From the NCBI RefSeq assembly GCF_964355755.1, contig NC_092678.1:20167365-20231364 (forward strand): a stretch of 64,000 nucleotides of DNA, read 5' to 3'. Positions 1 to 12,000 of the stretch are shown piece by piece (position 1 is the stretch's first letter; every line of letters starts with the position of its first letter). Under the pieces are notes generated by a model that made no database searches, was not told where the DNA came from, and saw only the letters and a list, made by a program, of their open reading frames with translations. The DNA comes from Antedon mediterranea (lineage: Eukaryota > Animalia > Echinodermata). Position numbers and translations under genes: made by a program.

Positions 1-204
1 CCATATTGTCGTTCGTTCTGCTCTTTTTCTACCCAGCCAGTAATTTTATGATCTGTCAAGCTATACCAAGATCAACCCATCCTATATCCAATAGTATGGT
101 TGTTTTCTGTCATGAATACCCACCCTTTTTTTTATTACATTCGTCAGTCTATTAGTATTTTATTGCAATACCAGTAACAATATTGGCTCATTGCACCATA
201 CAGA

Positions 205-525
205 TGCTGGGTGGTTGTTTTCCATTCCCGGAGTGGTTGTTTTCCATTCCCAGGGTTGTTGTTTCACATTCCCAGGGTTGTTGTTTCATATTCCCAGGGG
301 GGTTGTTTCATATTCCCAGGGTGGTTGTTTCATATTCCCAGGGTGGTTGTTTCATATTCCCAGTGTTGCTTGTTCATATTCCCAGTGTTGCTGGTTCCTA
401 TTCCCAGGGTTGCTGGTACATATCCCCAGGGTTGCTGGTGCATATCCCCAGGGTTGCTGGTTCCTATTCCCAGGGTTGCTGGCTCCTATTCCCAGGGTTG
501 CTGGTTCCTATTCCCAGGGTTGTTA
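205..525. repeat. Minisatellite, ~20-21 bp unit (TTCCCAGGGTTG(C/T)TG(G/T)TTC(C/A)TA), ~15 copies
   Basis: Tandem units directly visible; explains the overlapping ORFs 183-636. Confidence 0.9.
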
Positions 526-2730
526 AATTACCTGCACAGAAAATTGAAACACTGCATGGATAGTACAGATTTACTATATTCTTTATGGAATTTCATTGAT
601 ATAGCGGCAGTTTTGTCAAAACCTTCTAATCTCTGAGAAAACAATAGACTCATCACAACCATGTAATACGAATTTGATTTGATTTCAACAACATTTTCTT
701 ATTTCGTTGGTAAGAGGAATGAACAATGAATCATGGAAGATTGTAACGATTGAGATTATTGTGTAAATTGTCGTTTAATTAAGGCTTTTATGCACAAACA
801 TTTTAAGAACTTTGCAGTATTGTATCATCATAATCTTCAAAATTACTGTATAATGCCTTGTCTTGTTTGTTACTGTGTTTTAGAGTATTAAAAGATTTTA
901 TTATTAATTAGAACTAATTATTAATATTGTTTTGTTACGATTTTTCTATATGTTATGCAGTACGATACAACATTGTGGTTAAAATCTTGAGATGTACATA
1001 CAATTATTACGTTTGGGGAAATAGATATATTTAGAAGTTTTTATTTCTAGAAAACTTACTATGAACAGTACTGTAGTTTTGTTTGTACTTAGTAGGATAT
1101 TTATTTCACAGTTTGGCTTTTTCAATTTACTGTAAAGCAAACTAGTTTGATGTGCGCCCAAATATGATTGTAATATGCTCAAATATGGTAGTGCTATGAC
1201 ATCATCATGTCCGTATATGCACATCACATGTTTCTGTCACGTGACGTTTCATAGTGTAGACAGAGCAACTCTCACAAAATGAGAATACACAATTCTTATC
1301 GATATGGTTCTATATTAGATATTATATCGTTTGAAAATTCCATGTGCTCCTGTGCTTGTCTGCTCAAACAAAATTTTGACGTCTGTGTACAGGTTTTATA
1401 TATATATATATTAATGCAACTCACCCGTTCAAGTTTTTATTTCTGGATGTTTGTGGCAGAAATCATAATTCATTTATTCGAAGGTGGCGCTCTTTATGGG
1501 TTTTTTTTTCAGTTTAGTTCCAGGACACAACGAAAGGACGTAAGCGCAACGCAAGCGAGTCGCCTGTGATTGGTTAAATCGCGTTCGGCTTATGTTTTTG
1601 CGTAGTCTGGGTTCCAGACGGAGTTTTGTCTTAATATCAAAAATCGCGGTCGAAATAAAAACAAATACATTAAAAAAAGACAATACAGACTTGGGGCAAG
1701 TCTAGTTTTTGCGTTGCGTCTAGAAGTGGATACGAATAGGGGTTTTCATTTTGTGCGAGTACGACATTTGATTTGTTTAAACTTGCTGCTTGTTTTCTTG
1801 TAAAGTATTGTAAAATAAAATTGTCATAATCGCGATGGTGAAGTTAATATATTATACTATCGTGATGGAAATTATCCGGCAATTTTATTATTTACATGTT
1901 CATATAAATAAATGTTATTTAAAAATAAATGTGACTTAACTATTACGCCGCAAGTGTCGAATTTGTGTGATGTCATACTCATTGTAGGCTAGGCGATAGT
2001 CAATAAATAATCGGTAGCTACTGTATACTGGTTCTTCAAAAAATGGATCCGTTTGAGAGATACGATAACAAAAATCCGTGTAAAGTGATGCAGATTTAAG
2101 AAGGTATAGCTTTGTATGGAAGGCCTTTTGTATTTTATTATATACTTTATTGTAAACTAGGCCTATAGCCTACATTTTTTAAATAGGTAAGTAAATTGAC
2201 AGTACTCATCGGGTAGCATTTTTTGTATTCGAGGATCATATATAATGCGTTCGCGTTTATCATTCTCGCGCAGATAAGAGAGTTACGACATTGGATTATA
2301 GTCACGTGATATGCAGATCAATTTGTGTCAAACTTGTCTCCATTAATGCATGTAAAGAATAGGAGCAAGAAAATACTTTAAACTTTTTCTTATATTTAAA
2401 AAAATGTAATTGCACATTTTACGGTGAAATATCGATGTGTGCACAGCGTAAAGAAGTACTTGCGGCAACGAATATTGCGCGCGCGTGCGCTAGTACATTA
2501 TAAAGTTCGATTGATTGATTTTGGAACGAAACATCCTATAAACCACGTCCTATTATTAATAACAATTATGTAATATTTTCAATTCATAATGAATGCTTTG
2601 CTGACTAAATAAAATAATAAAATGTCGTGGATATATTTGTTAATATATTGAATAGCGTATGAACACTATTAAAATAATAAAGGCAAATTATTACAAATGA
2701 AATGATGAACGAGTCTCTGAAAGTTTGTGT

Positions 2731-3813
2731 CAACAAGGCCATATAGATGGCTGCAGTCGCGTGCTTAGTGTTTATCGACCGACCGACCAACCAACCTACC
2801 AACTGACCGAAATTACTGAACATGTTTAAAAATGTTTAAAAACAGTTATTTTTTTTTAATTTACGCGTGCGTCGCGTAGCCTGTCACTTTTGACGTGCTC
2901 GTATAACGTAATTTCGAGTTGAAAAGTAAGTCAAGAAAACAGAAATCGGGCAAAAAGAGTGCGCAACAACATTTAACGCGCAGTGCGCGCGGAAAAATAT
3001 GCGCACTCATGGCAATTTTGTAAACGCTTAAAGCCTATTTTCCACTAGGCGAATTTGTTCGCGCGAATCGAAAGCGTCATGCTATGCGCATGCGTATTCG
3101 AGTTTCTGTCTGTCATACTCCCTTCTTCGACGAATTCTAGTTCCTTTGATTTTTCGCTTCACGAAATTTACTAGTTCGAATTGTTTCTACTTTTTGCGAA
3201 GCGAAATATTGCGCAACCAATCAGAGCTCAGGAAATGAGCTATGACGCTTTCATGAGCACTCATGCGAATCGAAATGCTCGGCAACCACGCGAGGAACAT
3301 GAACGTCGCAGCTATTCGCTCCTGTAGTGGAAAAATTTTAGGCGATTTTTTTCTCTTCGAAACGTTGGATTCGCGCGAACAAATTCGCCTAGTGGAAAAT
3401 CGGCTTAAAATTGCCTGAAACGTACTCTTATTTCGTCGAAAATAAATTTTGAAAATTTTAAGCGCGCGTACGCATGCGTTACATGCGCTACGCACGTAAT
3501 TGTATTGCCATATGATGATTTATGCCCTGGAATTTATGAGTACCAAATTGTATTTAATTGTGATTCATGGTTGTGAAGATATGATTACAAACGTGATTTC
3601 GTTAAATCGTGCGTAGACCGCGTAATTTTTTTATTGCGCACCGTGAAAACATAACCACATCGATTCCTGGTCATAAGGAATATACTGTGAAAAATTGACT
3701 TAGCTAGATTAAACTGATATCAAGATAAGGTCAGAAAGCGATAAAACGCATAGTGATACCGGACCGACAGACCGACATAGTGAACTATAGAGTCGCTTCC
3801 ACGCGACTAAAAA
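2731..3813 (-). mobile_element. DINE-1/HINE-like non-autonomous element (Helentron-associated), long copy
   Basis: Sub-terminal IR AGTCGCGTG/CACGCGACT, partial IR hairpin, GTCY microsatellite, T-rich ends; near-identical body to 31729-32494 and 59016-59834. Confidence 0.75.
3032..3405. mobile_element. PIF/Harbinger-type MITE nested in the DINE-like element
   Basis: 38-bp TIR AGCC(T/G)ATTTTCCACTAGGCGAATTTGTTCGCGCGAATC; TAA TSD; empty site AAACGCTTAAAATTGCC present in the sister copy at ~59361. Confidence 0.9.
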
Positions 3814-4126
3814 CACACAGAGGGGTGAATGTGTGTGTTTTTTGTATTGGTTCATGCTTTGATGTATCCACTTGCATGTAGGCCCTAGCATTTATTCTTT
3901 TGTTATTATAGACACAATATATATATGTTACCAAATTAATACCATTAATAAAATTAATTAATAAATAAAAACGGAATATAAGCGTTAATTCATAGACAAC
4001 AAAATCTAAAAATAATGCATGAACTACAGGAAAACGCTATACAAAATAGACGCGCGCGCCCTCAGCGTGCGAATTCTTTGACACAAAAATGGCTTCTAAT
4101 TTTCAATGTCGTAACTCTTTATATAT

Positions 4127-7092
4127 TCAATTCAATTCAATTCAATTAACATTTTTTTCACGTCCAAAAGACAAAAGTAACAAACACAAAATGGCAAGTG
4201 ATAAAACAAGAAAATGGACAAAGGCAAATCCCAAAAAGATTACAATCTTGTGACGGGATTGCCTTTATAATATAGGCCTATTTAAATTAAGAGAAGAAAA
4301 AAATATAAATAAAGAAAATAAATTAATTAAACAATAAAGAAATACAAAATATATATAAAACCAGTAGATAAAAGTTGGAATAAAAAGTAAAAAAAGAAGA
4401 ACAGAAAAAAGTACAGCTGCATGGTATATAGCGAATATGATGACAACCAAATGAATAATAAAGGTAGCAAGTCACGGAACATGGAAACAACGACCATATC
4501 AAACAGATCGATCAGTAATGAGACAAAAGGTAATTTTTAATGTTATTATTGAATGAATAGCGGTTAGCAGCACAGGAAATTGAGGGGGGTAAATTGTTAA
4601 ACAATAGAGGTCCAGAATATCTAATGCTATGTTGAAAATAATTGGTGTTATGGTTAGGGATAATAATATATGTTATTTCTTGTTCTAGTGTAATATTTAT
4701 GAACGGTATTATTAGGAGCGAAAAGGTCGTTAAGATGGCAAGGGAGAAGTGAGTAAGTGGCCAAAAAAACAAAGACACCTTGCTGGGATAGGTTAATGTC
4801 CGAGAGTTTGAGAAGATTTAGTTTGGAGAATAAGTGGGAGGAATGTGACAGTGGATGAGCGCCAGATATAGTCCTGATAGCTTTTTTTGTAAGATAGAGA
4901 GTTTAATGATGTTTGTATGGTAAGTGTTGGCCCAGACAATGTTACCATAGCTCAAATAAGGAAGGATGAGTGTGCAATAAAGGGTCCTGAGAATATTAGT
5001 TGGGAGGAAGGAAGAAAGCCTAGAAATGATCCCAAGGTTCTTAGACACTTTGTTCTCAATTTCTTGGATATGGGGTTTCCATGAGAGAGAGTTGTCGATG
5101 ATAATGCCAAGAAATTTATTATACTTTACAGAGGGGATTTCTTGATTATCAATAACGGCTTTAAGTGGGGACACTTCAATACCTCTAGTCAACTGCGGGG
5201 TTCCGAATAGGATGTAACTACATTTATTATGATTGAGGGAGAGTTTGTTGGCAATAAAGTACTGGGACAAGGGGATAACGTTGGTATTAAAGGTGTCAAA
5301 AAGAGTTTGGATATTTTTGTTGGCATGAAAAACTGTAGTGTCATCAGCATATAGAAAAACATTTAGCAGGTTCGGTGGATATCATTAATGTAAAGGGTGA
5401 ACAGAAGAGGGCCAAGTAAGGAGCCCTGGGGAACGCCACAGGTGATAGGGCAAAAATTAGAAATAGAGTTAAAATATTTAGTACATTGGGAGCGGTTAGT
5501 GAGATAGCTTTTGAAAACGTTTAAGGCGGGTCCTCGGATTCCATAGTGAGACAATTTAAAAAGAAGAATATTATGATCAATGGTGTCGAAAGCCTTGGAA
5601 AGGTCGATGAAAAGTCCGATTCCAAATTGACGATTTTCGAATGCATGAATAATTTTGTTAGTGAGGTCGATCAAAGCCATGGAGGTGTTATGTCCTTTTC
5701 TAAAGCCATATTGTCTCTTGAAGAGGATGTTATGTTTGCTGATAAATGAAAATGTTCTATCATAGATAACTCTTTCCAAGGCTTTCGAAAAGATTGACAG
5801 GATGGAGATAGGACGATAGTTAGAAAGGTTGGATTTGGGGCCAGATTTGTAAACAGGGGTAACGCGCGCCAGCTTCAACCTGTTCGGAAAAACACCTTTG
5901 CAGAGGACAAGATTAAAAATGTGACACAAGGGAACGGAGACAAGGTTGATAACATGTTTAATGGCTTTAGTATGGAAATCATCAGTACCAGGAGCTTTAT
6001 TGTTATCGAAGGAGGAGATAATTCTTATGATATCATCTTCTAGGACGGGGGTTGGTTAAGAACATTGATTTCGGATTTGGTTGAGGAAGAAATTCTTTGA
6101 AAGAAACATTGCTGGGAGGGATTTTGTTAGCAAGGGAGGGTCCGATTTCGACAAAAAAATCATTAAATGCTTTAGAAATAATGACGGGTCTTTAGTTGGT
6201 ACTCCGTTACAGTTGACAGGGGTATTGCCTTTGTGTTGGTTTCGGTTTTTATGGTTCAATAAAGAGTTAATTGATTTCCAGGTTGCCTTAATATCATTTT
6301 TTTGCTTGGTGAAAATATCATGAAAGTGGATTCTTTTGGCAATTTTGATAGTGGAGTTAAGTTTATTACGATATCGTTTATATTTGATTTCATTGGCAGG
6401 AGAAGGGCGGTGAAGAAATTTTGCATAGCGTTTATGTTTATACTTTATTGATTTTAGCAGTCCATTGACATCCAAGATTTAATTTTTTTGTTCTTGTTTG
6501 TATTGTTCCTTTTCAGTAACGGGAAGTGTTGGTCATAAAGGGCTTTAAGTGTGTTATCAAAGAGGTCATAAGCAAAGTCAGGATCATTAGAATTAAGGAT
6601 ATCAAACCAAGTTTGATTAGAGACATCATGGTAAAAGTTGTTAAGAGACGTATTGTTAATCTGTCTGAGAGATGGGATCTCTTCATTGTTTGAGCTGTAG
6701 TGGCAAAACTATCAGAGAGGTTTGAAATATTAAAAACAGGGAGATGATCAGAGATATCACTATATAGCAGACCACTTATATGAGAACAATCAAATTGATT
6801 TGTAATAATATTATCTAAATAATGAGGCAGTTCGTCGACTATACTGTTCTAAGTCGTCGATCTTGTCCATCATGGTTCGGTTTTCTGCTACAAGATTTTC
6901 ATTTTCGCGGCGAATTATATCAATGTCGCCCGCAGTTGAGGCGTTGTCCATGGTTACGCTGTTGTAAACAGATTCCGAGACCGCGTCTAAAATATGTTTA
7001 CTAATTGCAGAAATTAACACTTTGTTGGTTGTTATGGCTCTGTCGTGGTTGTTCGCAGAGCGCCATCTATTGTTGTGACGTCACACCGCAGA
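4127..7092 (-). mobile_element. CR1/L2-group LINE, decayed and internally deleted
   Basis: ORF1 relic (KIDDLEQYSRR, 6811-7020), endonuclease end (LDNIITN..SDISDHLPVF), RT motifs [27 protein letters not shown] in frameshifted ORFs; (TTGAA)n 3' tail at 4127-4146. Confidence 0.9.
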
Positions 7093-7665
7093 ACTCTATT
7101 TTTTGATGATCATTCTGGTATATTCTTTGCTCCACGTGTGCCGTGCGGAAGCCGATCACACCGGCGGCCGGCCGCGCTTCACTCTCCGGTCGCCGTATCA
7201 GTTTAGCGCGATGTTATGCACTCCGCCGGCCGCTATTCAATTCGACTTCCTGTGGTGCTAAGTGGCCGTTAGTATGGAGCGCCCATATCTACGTTTTCTA
7301 TACTGTTCAGTGTTATAACAAATTCTTGGTGACCAAAAGAATTAAAAGAAAAAATAATTTAAATGGAACTAGTTGAATATTTATTAGCAACAATTTTACT
7401 TTTTTCATTAACATTCAAAGAAGTTGGAACTGCTTTTGCTTTTTCTTTCAAACTAAACTTAACTTAACTTTTTCCTTTCAAATAATCAAATACCCGTCTA
7501 AAGGGTCTTTCACACCTGTTCCGGTACGGCACCGGAAAATCCAATCGAACGTCGATGTTTCGTTTTCACGCGGCTACTCGCATATCGATTGGCGCATAGC
7601 CTCGTGGATCGTCGTGAAAAAGAAACATTGATGTTCGATTCGCCGGACCGGAACCGTGCCGGAAC

Positions 7666-8594
7666 GCGATTTTTTTTTTCGTACATAAGTTGGGGACCCC
7701 TTCATGAAACGTCACAAAATAAACATGAATAATTCATCAGTTAAATTTGTTGTTCCGTGTGCACCCAAGCGTATAGCAACAAGAAGTGATTACACAACTG
7801 CGATACGATACTTTCTACAGTAGGCCTAGGATTCCAAGTCAATTCACGTGATTGCCTTCGCGCACTCTTCTTCACACAAAATGTGTCGAGTCGAGGCTAA
7901 TCGACAGCTAGGCAAGACATTAAACTAAGTAGTAATTCATTGGACATAGCCCAAAGAAAGCTTAGACCCACAAGAATAAAGAATGTGTATAATTTGTGTA
8001 CTGTATTTTTTTAATTCTGCTATTTTATTATCAAACAATATGCATGTACTCAAAGGAATTTTAAAAATGCGCGTATATGAACACATGGGATGGGAAGATT
8101 TCACCCACGAGAATAAAAAATGTATTTTTGTGTAATGTTTATTGTTTAATTTTGCTGACTTATTACTCGGATTGTGTCATACCAAAGATAGTAAGTGTAA
8201 CTATCTTTGGTCATACCTAACACACACACGTCACACAGCTACTACTACTACTACTAGAATAGACATGGGTTTAGAGACTAATAATTAGGCCTAATAGTAT
8301 TAATAGAAACTATAGTTTTAACACGTAATTCTTTAGTAATAAATTATATTAAAAACACCATAAACTAAAGGCTGATTATTTCGACAATCCACACAAAACG
8401 CCGCTATTCTTCTATGAAATCGCACGCCGCAACAACAGCGGAGATAGGCCTAGAATCGCACTTGTGTAATCACTTCTTGTTGCTATACGCTTGGGTGCAC
8501 ACGGAACAAGAACATTTAACTGATGAATTATTCATGTTTATTTTGTGACGTTTCATGAGGGGGTCCCCAACTTATGTACGAAAAAAAAAATCGC
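7666..8594. mobile_element. Non-autonomous Mutator-like element (MULE)
   Basis: ~135-bp near-perfect TIRs starting GCGATTTTTTTTTT; 9-bp TSD TGCCGGAAC at 7657-7665 and 8595-8603. Confidence 0.88.
8183..8209. mobile_element. 27-bp hairpin with 7-bp TSD, putative P-superfamily excision footprint
   Basis: GTCATAC-CAAAGATAGT..ACTATCTTTG-GTCATAC. Confidence 0.6.
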
Positions 8595-9011
8595 TGCCGG
8601 AACAGGTGTGAAAGACCCTTTATTAAGGCTTGAATAACAATATTTAATTTCTTTCTACAGTATGTACATTTTATAGCTTTACATTAACATTAAAAATTAG
8701 TTAAAAACCTTATTTTTATAACACTTTATCTTGCCAGTACCCATACTTACTAATTATAGTTAATAAAAATATGTAAAATATTAATTAATTTATTTCAAAT
8801 AATCTTAATATCCGTCTAATTAATGTTTATTTTGATTCTCTATAAAAAACGTGTCTCGGTTGTAAAAGACTCATTGGGCGCTCCATAGCTGCGGGCGGAT
8901 TGAATCGCGGCCGGATTTAAGCGCGGCGGCCGGAGTGAAGCGCGGCCGGAGTGATCTGTGTGTGCGACGTGCGTGTATTTTCATTTAATCTTACCTTGTA
9001 CAAGAAATAAA

Positions 9012-12000
9012 ATGGAATTAGACCTATGCCTCCTTCAAATCACTGTTATTATATCAATCGCAGTCATTACAGCAGCTCCGGTTGAAATAAATCATCATGT
9101 GGTGGTAAGTCACAGTCTACTGTCAGTGTCACAGGTGTTGAGTAGTAGGGGTCATGCTAATCTTTGCCGGGTAGGGTTTTATGATATATTGAATGTTATC
9201 AGGTACATGCTAAAGCTACTAGCTAGGCTAGGCTAGGCCAGGCCTAACTTAGTCTAGGCTAGGCCTAACATAATATTTAATGTTTTTTGTGATATTTACT
9301 TAATTTAATTGTACGTTCTATACATTTTTTAATGTAAAACTGTCAAAATGCTGATTGTGTTTTGACCGAAAATGGAGACCGCCCTCGAGCCCAACATATT
9401 AATTAGACTAATTAGACAATCAGGCGCATTATAAAAATTGCAGTGGCTGCATCTATGGCTATTTATTGACCCTACGGCCCTCGTAACCCAAAACAAACAC
9501 ATCCCTCTACTACTAGGAAAATGGTGAGAAAAGATGATGGCCAATAAAGAAGATGATGACTAAAAAAAAAAGAAAAAGATACCAACTGTAACTGCCCTAA
9601 AAATAATGCGAGTGATATTCGTTATTCAAGTCCAACACCCAAGGTGCTCCTGTATTCCTGTTTCTTGAATGTGAACCAGATTACTAAAACAAAACATAAC
9701 AATGACCTATAAATGCATGTCTAGCAATATGTGTGGCTCCTTAACCCTTTCACCTCTATGCGTAATGTATATTTTAATAAATTGCAAAATACTAATTGAG
9801 ATAATTGTGTAATTATTTTTGTGGTGTGTGATGGGCAAAGGGTTAGTCTATTGTTAGGTATAAAAACAAATGTAATTTGCATATTGATGACGTCATGTGA
9901 CGTCATTACAGGTATTTTGGATTTCGTGTTTTTTATCAAATCAATGATAAAAACTATATTTTCTATAAGAAATTCTTATGGAATACGTTTTTCCAACTGG
10001 ATATTGATAAAGATACGTATAACAAATAAAAATATTTAAAAAAATTGAATTATTTTTATTGTTTTATAAAAAGTATGCACAAATCAAAGTTTTGGGGCAA
10101 AATCGTGAAAATAATGACATTTTCCAAAAATTCACTATACGGTAGTACAAAACTAACTATTGTTTCAGATTTTTTTTTTTTGCGTGTTGTGATAAACACA
10201 ATGTTGCCCTATTGGGGCTGGTAAATTTTGGTTACTTTCAAAATGGCCGCCATTACGCTACTCAAAACAACTTTCCAAGATAGAATACTATTATATACAC
10301 TATACTATACATAATATAACTATAGAGGGCGCATGATTTTCAAGACAATAATACAGCTATAGAGGGCCGTTTTTTTTGCTGGAAAAATTTTTTAATGATC
10401 CCAAATGGTCCCAAAATTTTATGGAATGTAATTAAAGTCACTAGCTGTGATCATACATCCTCTCCTCTCTAATGCTAGATACCTCCTCACATGGTCCTAA
10501 AATGACGTCATTTTCTTAATAATGTGTGAATGTTTTTAAATTGGGTATGCTCAAGAGGTGCGAAAGTGCAGTTAACGCAGGCCTAGACCTACAAAATTAT
10601 GTACGACGGTACGTTGTATATGCTAAAAATATATCTAGCAAACGAACACTCGTATCGTTGTTGAACGTGCAGATAATATAGGCCAAAGCACAGGGAAAAG
10701 CGTTTCTGTTGGGGGAGAAATTTATACCATCCCGGCTCAATTATTTATTACCCAACAACACAGAAGCCGGCGACCGGCCTTGCTGTTTATATAGTCCGCA
10801 ATAAATGCACGTGTTTGTTTAGCTAAATCCTCGTTAGACTCTACCATTTCCCGAATGTTATTTTGTTTACTCTACTGACGCACTGCACGCACGAGGAAAC
10901 TTTATTAAGGGTAAAATATGAAACTACATTATTGGAGCCTAAAATGCATAACGCATAAATATTGATTTCGATAAGATCATTCATTGAAGACTATGTTTGT
11001 TTTGAATCTGAAAAGTACACCCCTATCGAAAAATAGACAATCCCGGTAAATAGCCGACAGTCGGCTGTCGAGTCGTCAATCGTTTGTGCAGCGCAACACG
11101 TGATAGTTTGCGTAGACTCCATCATCCATGTGTCGTGTAATGTCTGTCTCTCTGTGCAGTATACCTCCATCATATTGAAATAACAAAGAGACGCCTGGTA
11201 CAACGAAACAAGTTGACGAAAATGGAGCTTGAAGTAAACAACATTATAACGAACAAAATAAATGCTTGAAGATCGACAAATGGACCTTTTAGTTGGACTT
11301 TATGCTTTTTCCAAAATGATTATTTGATTATCTATTTTATCATACCAAAATGGCTAAAGTAGCCGTTTTATTTTTCGCCAATCTGGAAACGTTTTCGCCC
11401 ATGGCGACTTGGCGATCGGCCAGTGCGAGCCCAGGCCATCCGACTGGCTTTACAATGCACCGATATTCATAACATAACATAACACATTAGTATTTTATCA
11501 AAAGCCATAGGGAACTGCTGCGTTGATGTTTTTGAGAAAATTGAAAACTATCAACATGTAAGTGAATAAGAAGCAAATAAACACAAAAACAAAACCATTT
11601 ATTATTTTTAATTTTGTGATGAAAAACTTGATCCAGGCATGCTGATAGAGGCTGTTGTGACTGTTATCGCGACAGGCCGGTGAGGCTGCATTAAATAGGC
11701 CTAACATTTTTGCATGCGGTCATGTTTTTATTTTTGTTGTTGTTTTTGTTTTATTGTTTGCAAATTACAATTTAGATTTTTCATCCAACCTACACATTTA
11801 TTTGATGTATTTACCAAAAAATTTAGCGATTTTAATGGATTTTAGATTTGCAATTTTGCGTTAAAAAAATCAACAATTTTATGTTGTTGTTAGAGGGCTT
11901 TTTGCGCATGTTTTTCCCATTGTCTAAAAAATGCCCAAAAAGTCTTTAAATGATTCGTAACTTTTGAGTGTGTGAATTGACTTCTTTTTTTGCATTGCAT

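Larger units (their letters stand above)
7501..8620. mobile_element. Short MITE (~180 bp without its insert)
   Basis: TIR AAGGGTCTTTCACACCTGTTCCGG / CCGGAACAGGTGTGAAAGACCCTT flanked by TA; superfamily uncertain (Harbinger-like end or TA-TSD type). Confidence 0.75.

Noticed and set aside
205-525. CRISPR-like look of the repeat array
   Set aside because: No unique spacers, no cas genes, eukaryotic context
183-636. Three overlapping ORFs of 111-141 aa
   Set aside because: Stop-free translation of a minisatellite
2043-2103. Possible first exon ATGGATCCG..AAG|GTATAG
   Set aside because: In-frame TAA before the donor and no downstream partner exon found
2279-4118. 15-bp inverted repeat AGAGTTACGACATTG as possible TIRs
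   Set aside because: Real match, but no convincing TSD and little further similarity; cannot classify
9741-10575. piggyBac-like start TTAACCCTTTCACCTCT
   Set aside because: Only a poor partner end near 10554-10575
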